A stretch of 64,000 nucleotides of DNA from assembly GCA_964521025.1 (NCBI GenBank), contig CAZFPK010000011.1:16033-80032 (forward strand). Reading direction: 5' to 3'. Source of the DNA: an uncultured Candidatus Cloacimonadota bacterium (GTDB taxonomy: Bacteria > Cloacimonadota > Cloacimonadia > Cloacimonadales > TCS61). This document shows, piece by piece, positions 19,614 through 27,293 of the stretch. The notes under the pieces are model-generated. The model did not search any database, was not told the DNA's origin, and saw only the letters and a list, made by a program, of their open reading frames with translations. The position numbers and the translations under genes were made by a program. The stretch's first letter is position 1, and each line of letters starts with the position of its first letter.

Positions 19614-21758
19614 ATGACGAAAAAAAAAGCAGGTCTTGAGAAAAGGATTTTTTTATCATTTTTTGTTATATCACTGTTACTGGTGCTTTTTTTAACATTT
19701 TTACAATGGATGCTTGCCAGAAATATTATCAAACAGTTTGAAAACGAGAACATACTGAAGTCCTTATCTTCTATCAAATTGGCACAATCCGAATTTAAAG
19801 ATAGCTCTCTAAGCCTTCTAAATCTGATAACAAATGATAAAGAAATTATCAAGAGTATTCTTGACCTTGATTCTCTAAAAATATCCGAAAAAATTAATCC
19901 TTATTTAACAGATCCTAAAGCAGAACATATAGTTATTTATAATAATGAAAATAAGTTGATTTATGGAATTGCCTGGGATTTGATCCAAAACTATGTCAAT
20001 AAAATGTACCAATTATTTTATATTAAAGACTTCGGATCTTATTTAGCAAGTTTTGGTGATAAACTTTACCAAATCTCATATTCTTCCTTTTATGAAGATG
20101 ATGAAAAAGAAAAATTCATTGGAATCGTGATTAATGTTGAATCCATTTCCAGACAATCCTATAATCTGAAACAATTGAATGAGATAATTTTGATCCCTAA
20201 CTCTGAAGAACTTCGAAAAGATTTTTTTCCTGAAAACATTTCTCACCTAAAAGATATGATTTCTGAAAAAATAAATAATATGGTTGAAGATGATGTGAAT
20301 GAATCGATTTTTCGTCTGAATTCGGAAATTGCAACAGGAATATATATTAATTATGACCTAAATAACGAACCATCTGCTTTTTTCATAATTCCCTATAACA
20401 GGAACTTTAATCAATTCGCACAGCAGAGTATATTATTTTTCCTGATTATATTATTGGGAATTATACTTGTCACAATCGTCTTGATTGGTTCCTGGTTCAG
20501 GCAGACAATATTACATCCGATAAAAGAAATTCGTGATAGAATGCAAGAAGTTGCCAAAAATCCTTCAATTATAGAACCTATAGAAATCAGGTATTATGGT
20601 AAAATTGGAGATTTTATTGAGAAATTGGAAAACAGGTATTCGGGAGTTCTCGGAGATATGATCGAAACCTTCAATATGATGAATAGGTCTCTTGCTGAAT
20701 ACAGCAGTTCCCATAAAGGTTATAAATTCCTGGTTGAACATCTGAATTCCGGAGTATTCTGGTTGGATTCGAAATACAAGATAATCTTATGTAATCCCGG
20801 TTTTAGAGAATTACTGGAATTAAAGGAGCAAGATAAAGTTCTTGGAGTTAACTTGTTAGAATTTTTACATTTCAGTCCCCGCATTTTGGAAAAAGCAAAA
20901 GTTGAAGCAATAACGATTTTAAGTGTAAGAGTAAAAATAAAAGAAAAAGTTAAATATTTGATTTTCAATGTCAGACCGGTCGAGGATAAATCCGGGAACA
21001 GGCTGGTCGGAAGCATCTCAGATATTACAAAAGAAGTTACTGAAAAAAAAGCTCGCGAATCTCTGGAAATGGAATTGATAAAAAGCAATAAATTGGCTGA
21101 AATCGGGAGAAGAGTAGAAGGAATTATTCACAATCTGAATTCCCCTCTCAATTCCATCCTGGGTTATGCTCAATTGTTGAAAAAAGAATTTTCAAAACAC
21201 AAAGATCTTGAAAAAATACTGGAATCAGGAAAAATTATTTCTCACTATGTTAAAGTTTTACAAACAAAGATCCAGAAAGATAATGTTTATATGACCCAAC
21301 CAATTGATATCAATGAACTCGTTTCACAGGAATTGGAACTTTGTAATCACAACCTTTTCTTTAAGCATTATGTCATTCTGGATACAAATTTTGACACCGA
21401 ACTTCCCGAGATTTTGGCAGTTTTTGGGGATATTAGTTTATGCGTGGCTAATTTATTAAATAATGCTATCGAATCCCTCAAAGATAGTACTGAAAAACAA
21501 ATTGGAATTCGAACTTATCAAACCAGTGAAATGATAGCAATCGAAATAAAGGATACAGGTTCCGGTATTGAAGAAAAGAATTTGCATAAAATATTCGAAC
21601 CGTATTTCACTACAAAAAAACACAAGGATGCAATCGGTTTCGGATTAGGATTAGCTATCGGAAAAAACATTACTGATAAATATAACGGCAGGATTGAAGT
21701 CAAATCTACTTTAGGACATGGAAGCACATTTACGATATTTCTACCAATCAGTAGCTAA
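19614..21758 (+). CDS. Membrane sensor histidine kinase (PilS-position)
   Basis: Two TM segments flank a ~230-aa extracytoplasmic region, followed by a PAS-like region. The H-box is IHNLNSPLNSILGYAQLL and the HATPase motifs are NNAIESL...DTGSGI...GFGLGLAI. RBS aggag precedes ATG. Confidence 0.8.
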   Translation: MTKKKAGLEKRIFLSFFVISLLLVLFLTFLQWMLARNIIKQFENENILKSLSSIKLAQSEFKDSSLSLLNLITNDKEIIKSILDLDSLKISEKINPYLTDPKAEHIVIYNNENKLIYGIAWDLIQNYVNKMYQLFYIKDFGSYLASFGDKLYQISYSSFYEDDEKEKFIGIVINVESISRQSYNLKQLNEIILIPNSEELRKDFFPENISHLKDMISEKINNMVEDDVNESIFRLNSEIATGIYINYDLNNEPSAFFIIPYNRNFNQFAQQSILFFLIILLGIILVTIVLIGSWFRQTILHPIKEIRDRMQEVAKNPSIIEPIEIRYYGKIGDFIEKLENRYSGVLGDMIETFNMMNRSLAEYSSSHKGYKFLVEHLNSGVFWLDSKYKIILCNPGFRELLELKEQDKVLGVNLLEFLHFSPRILEKAKVEAITILSVRVKIKEKVKYLIFNVRPVEDKSGNRLVGSISDITKEVTEKKARESLEMELIKSNKLAEIGRRVEGIIHNLNSPLNSILGYAQLLKKEFSKHKDLEKILESGKIISHYVKVLQTKIQKDNVYMTQPIDINELVSQELELCNHNLFFKHYVILDTNFDTELPEILAVFGDISLCVANLLNNAIESLKDSTEKQIGIRTYQTSEMIAIEIKDTGSGIEEKNLHKIFEPYFTTKKHKDAIGFGLGLAIGKNITDKYNGRIEVKSTLGHGSTFTIFLPISS

Positions 21759-21897
21759 CTTTTAATTATTTATTCGGTTTATAGAACAGATGGTTTTTAG
21801 AAGTTGCATCATTCTGAGTCCTGAGTCTTTACCCAGTAAAGATTCTTTACCTCTATTTGTTCTGGAAGACAGATTTTTAAAGTATAAACTTATTTGA

Positions 21898-23331
21898 ATG
21901 AGGAAAATAATGAGTAAACAGGAAATTTATTCTGAATATTCAAAAAAAAGAGCAAGAATCCTGATCGTCGATGATGAGCAGGATGCTCTTGATATTTTCA
22001 GCAGACAGCTGAAAGATGATTATGATATCGATATTGCTAATTCGGCAGCTGCTGCTTTAGAAAAACTCAAAAAAAAATCGTATCATATTACGATGACTGA
22101 TGTTGTCATGCCCGATATGGATGGAATTGAACTCATGCAGGAAATTAAAAAAAAATGGCCTCATGTATCGGTTGTTGTTATCAGTGGGAAAGCATCTATA
22201 GAAATGGCTGTCAGGGCAATGAAGTTGGGAGCAGAAGATTTTATTGAAAAACCGGTTGAAGATCTTGAACTTTTAAAATTAATGATCGAGAAAATTCTCA
22301 GATTAAAATGGCAAGCGGAAGAAATCAAAAGATTGCGAAATATTTTAGCTCAGGGATTTGATAGAACTAATATTGTTGGAAATAGTCTTATTATCCAGAA
22401 AATAATGGCAAAAGTTAAACTGATTGCCCCTCTTGATACAACCGTCTTGATTACAGGGGATACAGGTGTTGGAAAAGAACTTTTTGCAGAATTGATCTTC
22501 AAGAACAGCAAAAGGAAAGATAAGAAATTTGTAGCGGTAAACTGTGGTGGAATTCCGGAAAACCTTCTGGAAAGCATGCTTTTCGGTCATAAAAAAGGAG
22601 CATTTACCGATGCTATCAGAGATAAAATAGGATATTTCCAGGAAGCCGATGGTGGAACTCTTTTTCTGGATGAGATCACCGAGACTTCTCCTTCTTTTCA
22701 AATAAAGCTGCTCAGAGTATTGGAAAAAGGCGTTATCAGACAAGTCGGAGGGGATAAAGATATTGAAGTCGATGTCAGGATAATTGCAGCTACAAATAAA
22801 CAGATAAAAGAAGAAGTCGAAGAAAATAATTTTAGAGAAGACCTCTATTATCGTTTAAATATTATTAATCTTAATATCCCACCGTTAAAGGATAGGATCG
22901 AAGATATAAAAATTTTGGCAAATGCTTTTATGAATGAATTTTCACAAAAATATGGAAAACATGATTTGACTTTTTCCGAACCTGTGATGTCAATCCTACT
23001 AGCCAATGAATGGAAAGGTAACGTCCGCGAATTAAAAAATGCTATTGAACACGCTGTTGCTCTTAGTTCTCATACAAAAATAATGCCGGAAGACCTGCCC
23101 GAAAATATTTATGATGTTCAAAATATTGATATAAAAGATCTTTTACAGAATTTTCTCCAGATGCCTTTCAACCTGGCAAAAGAAAGTTTTGAAAAAACAT
23201 ATATCGTAGAATTATTAAGTAAACAAAAAGGTGATGTAAAAAATGTTTCTACTATTTCACAAATTAAAAGACAAAATCTCTATGAAAAATTCAAAAAATA
23301 TGACATCGACCTAAATGAATTCAGAAAATAG
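21898..23331 (+). CDS. pilR: Sigma-54-dependent response regulator (NtrC/PilR family: REC + AAA+ + Fis-type HTH)
   Basis: REC is ILIVDDEQD...MTDVVMPDMDG. Walker A is GDTGVGKE. The sigma-54 contact loop reads GAFTDA (canonical GAFTGA). Also present are GGTLFLDEI and RVIAATN. ATG 21910 (MSKQ) is an alternative start. The symbol is given by position and family only. Confidence 0.8.
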   Translation: MRKIMSKQEIYSEYSKKRARILIVDDEQDALDIFSRQLKDDYDIDIANSAAAALEKLKKKSYHITMTDVVMPDMDGIELMQEIKKKWPHVSVVVISGKASIEMAVRAMKLGAEDFIEKPVEDLELLKLMIEKILRLKWQAEEIKRLRNILAQGFDRTNIVGNSLIIQKIMAKVKLIAPLDTTVLITGDTGVGKELFAELIFKNSKRKDKKFVAVNCGGIPENLLESMLFGHKKGAFTDAIRDKIGYFQEADGGTLFLDEITETSPSFQIKLLRVLEKGVIRQVGGDKDIEVDVRIIAATNKQIKEEVEENNFREDLYYRLNIINLNIPPLKDRIEDIKILANAFMNEFSQKYGKHDLTFSEPVMSILLANEWKGNVRELKNAIEHAVALSSHTKIMPEDLPENIYDVQNIDIKDLLQNFLQMPFNLAKESFEKTYIVELLSKQKGDVKNVSTISQIKRQNLYEKFKKYDIDLNEFRK

Positions 23332-23383
23332 AGAACTAAAATACCGGGAATTTCAGTGTCATTTTCGATAGCTCATTTTTAAT

Positions 23384-23399
23384 TGGTACGATTATTGCA
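23384..23399 (+). promoter_or_regulatory. Sigma-54 (-24/-12) promoter of pilin-like gene 1
   Basis: TGGTACGATTATTGCA matches TGGYACG-N4-TTGCW with exact GG-N10-GC spacing. It lies 41 nt upstream of ATG 23439. Confidence 0.75.
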
Positions 23400-23438
23400 A
23401 AGTTTCCTCTCGGGTAGGTTTTATAAAAGGAGTTGATT

Positions 23439-23861
23439 ATGGGAACACAGCAAATCCTTTTAATTGTTATTGGTGTCATTGTTGTTGGAGTGTCTGTATC
23501 CGTCGGGATAACAATGTTTAACAATCAGTCGGCAGGTTCTAATCGGCAGGCTGTTATTCAAGACCTAAATACTTTTGCAGGAAATGCTTTAGCATATTAT
23601 AAAGCTCCATCAAGCTTTGGGGGAGGTTCTCGTTCATGGAGCAATATTGATAAATTGGGAATTTGGATCGGTCATAGTTTTAATCCTGATACTGATTCTT
23701 TATCAAATGAAAATGGTGAATTTGGGCTTTCTTATTCAGGGGACGATCTGACAATTGTCGGGATAGGTTTCGAAATTGGAAACGACGGTACAAATAAAGT
23801 TAAAGCAACAATCGTCGCGACAGGCAGTTCGGGAAACCTTGATCTAACGGTAAATAATTAG
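23439..23861 (+). CDS. Pilin-like protein 1 (non-canonical, leaderless type IV pilin-like)
   Basis: The ORF-track frame starts at TTG 23433; ATG 23439 follows AAAGGAG. The N-terminus is MGTQQILLIVIGVIVVGVSVSVGITMFNNQ followed by an amphipathic helix (NRQAVIQDLNTFAGNALAYY). It is a small ~140-aa protein and a paralog of the next two genes. Confidence 0.7.
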   Translation: MGTQQILLIVIGVIVVGVSVSVGITMFNNQSAGSNRQAVIQDLNTFAGNALAYYKAPSSFGGGSRSWSNIDKLGIWIGHSFNPDTDSLSNENGEFGLSYSGDDLTIVGIGFEIGNDGTNKVKATIVATGSSGNLDLTVNN

Positions 23862-24086
23862 TCGAAGCATAATTGAGAATACTGAAACAATTCATATTAT
23901 TTCATATTATGCATGAATGATTACATAATAATTGAACATTTATTCTATAATTAATAGCAAATCTTAAATTACATATACAGCGAAACTCGACAATCCAAAC
24001 TGGAAGAATTCCATAATATAATACTTTTAGAACACTTCTTACCAATTGATTGATGCACTCATAAAAAGTTAAAAAATTCTTATAAC

Positions 24087-24161
24087 TGTCATCTTGAGCG
24101 TGGTCGAAAAATCATTTGTACCAACATTTTATGAGATTCATCGACTACGCTCAGAATGACA
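24087..24161. repeat. Palindromic intergenic repeat element (TGTCATYYTGAGCGTRGTCGA family)
   Basis: tgtcatcttgagcgtggtcgaaaaatc ... gattcatcgactacgctcagaatgaca are imperfect inverted arms. Related copies or half-copies occur at 45039-45156, 53461-53524 and 58890-58925. Confidence 0.65.
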
Positions 24162-24383
24162 TAAAATGACTTTTTACGAAACCATCATAATTATAATTGA
24201 GATTAAATTCTTAAGATGGTAATTTTCTTCAAAATCAGAATAATCTTACGATTAGATCAGGGCTGTCATAAATTTATGATACCAGAATCTAATTTTATTA
24301 TAGTTAAATGAAGATTTTATTATATTTCTAACCTTTTGGAAATCAAATAGATAAGACCTTATTCTGAATTATTGTAAAGTGCT

Positions 24384-24399
24384 TGGTTCATAGATTGCT
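24384..24399 (+). promoter_or_regulatory. Sigma-54 (-24/-12) promoter of pilin-like gene 2
   Basis: TGGTTCATAGATTGCT has GG-N10-GC spacing identical to the consensus. It lies 71 nt upstream of ATG 24469. Confidence 0.7.
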
Positions 24400-24460
24400 T
24401 AATTTACCATTTTGTATCGCAGAGAAGCGATAAAAAAACGAAATCTATTTCTAAAAAAAG

Positions 24461-24893
24461 GAGGAGAAATGGGAACACAACAAATCTTGCTCATTGTATT
24501 GAGCGTAATCATCGTAGGAATCGCAGTTGCTGTTGGTATTTCTATGTTTAACAGTCAGGCAGTTAATGCAAATCGTCAGGCGATCGTATCTGATATGAAC
24601 AATTTCGGAGCTCAGGCAATGGCTTATTACAGAAGTCCGGCAAGTCATGGAGGAGGAGCCGGTACCTGGACTCTCGATGATGTTGGTCAATGGTTAGGTT
24701 ATAATTATGATCCGGATGGTGATTCACTTTATACTGATAACGGAACATTCCACTTATCTGTTAATGGTGATGATTTCGAAATCAATGGTATGGGAACAGA
24801 AACAGGAAATGATGGAACCAATCCGGTTGAAGCAACTGCCACTGTAACCGGTGCGACTGGTGCAATTTCCACTGTGATCGACAACTAAAGAAA
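24461..24893 (+). repeat. 433-bp perfect direct repeat, copy A (pilin gene with RBS)
   Basis: It is identical by eye to 25289..25721. The ORF track gives identical proteins on both strands. The flanks diverge immediately outside. Confidence 0.85.
24469..24888 (+). CDS. Pilin-like protein 2 (139 aa), identical to copy 3
   Basis: The ORF-track frame starts at 24412; ATG 24469 follows AAAGGAGGAG. The N-terminus is MGTQQILLIVLSVIIVGIAVAVGISMFNSQ. Confidence 0.75.
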   Translation: MGTQQILLIVLSVIIVGIAVAVGISMFNSQAVNANRQAIVSDMNNFGAQAMAYYRSPASHGGGAGTWTLDDVGQWLGYNYDPDGDSLYTDNGTFHLSVNGDDFEINGMGTETGNDGTNPVEATATVTGATGAISTVIDN

Positions 24894-24961
24894 CAAGATG
24901 TAAAGTTAAATCGAAATCTGAAGGAGATCATTCTGATTTCCATGGTAGTTGTATTTTTTTG

Positions 24962-25076
24962 AAAGTGTTTTGAAAAGGCGAATTTTAGGGAATTATTAGC
25001 AAGGTTAAAAGTATCGTATATTTAACTTTAATAATTCCTTTTAAAAATTTAACAACTTTTTAAAACACTTTTTTTA
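24962..25076 (+). terminator. Long composite hairpin (~110 nt) followed by a T-run between the two identical pilin copies; possible terminator or attenuator
   Basis: The outer arms are aaagtgttttgaaaa / tttttaaaacacttt, the middle arms ggaattatta / taataattcc and the inner arms gttaaa / tttaac, followed by ttttttat. Confidence 0.45.
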
Positions 25077-25288
25077 TATTATTAAGATTAAATTAATTAG
25101 ATGGTAATTTTCCATATCACAAAATAATTTTACGATTAGTTCCGGACTGTCATAAATTTATTATACCAACATTAAATGTGTCATTAATTTATGACAATTA
25201 TTTTCTAATTTTATTAATTATTAGGACCTAAATTCAGCACTATTAAAAAGATTTTTTCTTATATTTTATCTAACTCTTTGAAAATTAA

Positions 25289-25721
25289 GAGGAGAAATGG
25301 GAACACAACAAATCTTGCTCATTGTATTGAGCGTAATCATCGTAGGAATCGCAGTTGCTGTTGGTATTTCTATGTTTAACAGTCAGGCAGTTAATGCAAA
25401 TCGTCAGGCGATCGTATCTGATATGAACAATTTCGGAGCTCAGGCAATGGCTTATTACAGAAGTCCGGCAAGTCATGGAGGAGGAGCCGGTACCTGGACT
25501 CTCGATGATGTTGGTCAATGGTTAGGTTATAATTATGATCCGGATGGTGATTCACTTTATACTGATAACGGAACATTCCACTTATCTGTTAATGGTGATG
25601 ATTTCGAAATCAATGGTATGGGAACAGAAACAGGAAATGATGGAACCAATCCGGTTGAAGCAACTGCCACTGTAACCGGTGCGACTGGTGCAATTTCCAC
25701 TGTGATCGACAACTAAAGAAA
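25289..25721 (+). repeat. 433-bp perfect direct repeat, copy B
   Basis: See copy A. Confidence 0.85.
25297..25716 (+). CDS. Pilin-like protein 3 (139 aa), identical to copy 2
   Basis: RBS GAGGAG precedes ATG 25297. The protein string is identical to the 24469 gene. Confidence 0.75.
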   Translation: MGTQQILLIVLSVIIVGIAVAVGISMFNSQAVNANRQAIVSDMNNFGAQAMAYYRSPASHGGGAGTWTLDDVGQWLGYNYDPDGDSLYTDNGTFHLSVNGDDFEINGMGTETGNDGTNPVEATATVTGATGAISTVIDN

Positions 25722-25734
25722 ACAAAAATTGAAA

Positions 25735-25768
25735 AAAAGAGGGAGACACAACCGGTCTCCCTTTTTTC
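25735..25768 (+). terminator. Rho-independent terminator after pilin copy 3
   Basis: aaaaaagagggagacacaaccggtctcccttttttc has the stem gggagac/gtctccc followed by a T6 run. Confidence 0.8.
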
Positions 25769-25935
25769 ACTTAAACAAGAGTTCTGAAAACTGAGTTATT
25801 TCTGTAAAATAACTGAATTTCTCTCATCTTTTTCTTTATATTTTTTTAATTATTGAGATTGTTCACAAAAGATTTTATAGAAAGACTCCATGATCATTTT
25901 CAAAAAAATATCAGAACTCTTGAAGTCAGGTAAAT

Positions 25936-27279
25936 ATGTTAAAAGAATTTTTTTATTCCGGTGTATCGCAATTTGGTAAACCCGTGCAAGGGGTTGTTTT
26001 AGCATATAGCAGCTCCAAGGCGAAACAACTCGTTCATCAACTCGAAGAAAAACATAAATTCAAAGTAAAAAATATAATACCCAAAAAAATATTTCTCTAT
26101 ACAATTAAACTTCCTAATGGAAAAAAAATAACTCGCAAACAAACAGCATTTACCAAGAAAGATCTTGCTAATGCCTTAAATAAAATGGGTTACGCAAATG
26201 CAAAGATTCAGCCTGCTTTATTCGATTTCAAGTTCAGACCATCCTTTGCCAGCATTTTGATGTTTGTGAATCTTAGTTCATTCATGCTTAAAGAAAAAAT
26301 GAGTTATGATAAAATTTTAAGGATGTTGGCTGAAGAAGAATCGAATGCAACTTTAAAAGAAACACTGAAAAATATTGAAGGAGATTTGAAAAAAGGGAAA
26401 GAAGGAACAGAAGTTTTCTCCAGATATATCGATGTATTTGGTAAATTTCCTGCTTATATGCTTGGATTAGCAACAAAAAGCGGTAATATGGCAGAAGTTT
26501 ATGATGCTACAGCCAAATTCATGGAACGGGATATGGAATACAGGAAAAGTATTAAACAAGCATTGCTTTCTCCTCTCCTCACAATTATTGCTATGGTTTC
26601 AGCCGTGTTATATTATGTGATATCTATCTTCCCGGCAACTGCGAGATTATTTGTGAAATTTGGCATGGAATTACCACCGTTAACAGATGCAACTTTAAAA
26701 CTAAGCGCTTATTTAGGAGCAAATTGGTGGTGGATGTTTTTGGTAGTAATTATTCCCATGGGAATTATTGCTTTATGGTGGAGAACAAAAAAAGGTCGAG
26801 TTTGGAGAGATCATTTCATTATAAAACTGCCTGTAATCGGTCATCTTTTGCACAAATCCAGCATTGAGATTTTTTTCAGAGTTTTTTCCGCAGTATATGC
26901 AGGTGCGGATAATAACATCGAAACTTTACAGGCATCTGCGGAAGCCTGCCGTAACGGATACATTGAAAAAAAAGTGAAAGAAATAACAATTCCTTCTATG
27001 TTGACCAAAGGTGATACTCTGGTTAGTGCTTTAGCACAAGCAAAAGTCTTTAATAGAACGACTTTAAGCAGACTAAAAACAGGTTCTGAAACAGGGAATG
27101 TTTTATCTGCTGCTAAACAGATATCTTCCTTTTACGAAAAAGAGACAACCTATAAACTTCAAAACATCATTCAATCCATACAGATGTTTGTCGGAGCATT
27201 TATCGCTATTGTTATAACCGCTCTGACAATTGTTTCGGCAGAAATTGCCATGGTCTCACCGACAGGACCTGGTATGTAA
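25936..27279 (+). CDS. pilC: Type IV pilus/T2SS inner-membrane platform protein (GspF/PilC family)
   Basis: 447 aa with two T2SSF-like repeats and three TM segments (LLSPLLTIIAMVSAVLYYVISIF, WWMFLVVIIPMGIIALWW, FVGAFIAIVITALTIV). It lies immediately upstream of the GspE-like ATPase. Confidence 0.75.
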   Translation: MLKEFFYSGVSQFGKPVQGVVLAYSSSKAKQLVHQLEEKHKFKVKNIIPKKIFLYTIKLPNGKKITRKQTAFTKKDLANALNKMGYANAKIQPALFDFKFRPSFASILMFVNLSSFMLKEKMSYDKILRMLAEEESNATLKETLKNIEGDLKKGKEGTEVFSRYIDVFGKFPAYMLGLATKSGNMAEVYDATAKFMERDMEYRKSIKQALLSPLLTIIAMVSAVLYYVISIFPATARLFVKFGMELPPLTDATLKLSAYLGANWWWMFLVVIIPMGIIALWWRTKKGRVWRDHFIIKLPVIGHLLHKSSIEIFFRVFSAVYAGADNNIETLQASAEACRNGYIEKKVKEITIPSMLTKGDTLVSALAQAKVFNRTTLSRLKTGSETGNVLSAAKQISSFYEKETTYKLQNIIQSIQMFVGAFIAIVITALTIVSAEIAMVSPTGPGM

Positions 27280-27293
27280 TTTTCGGAGTTAAA

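Noticed and set aside
21791-21808. TGGTTTTTAGAAGTTGCA upstream of the sigma-54 activator gene
   Set aside because: The GG-N12-GC spacing is incompatible with -24/-12 geometry.
25223-25239. Sigma-54-like AGGACCTAAATTCAGCA upstream of pilin copy 3
   Set aside because: It has GG-N11-GC spacing (one nt too long) and lacks the T of TGG. It is not called as a promoter but is mentioned in the findings as a contrast.
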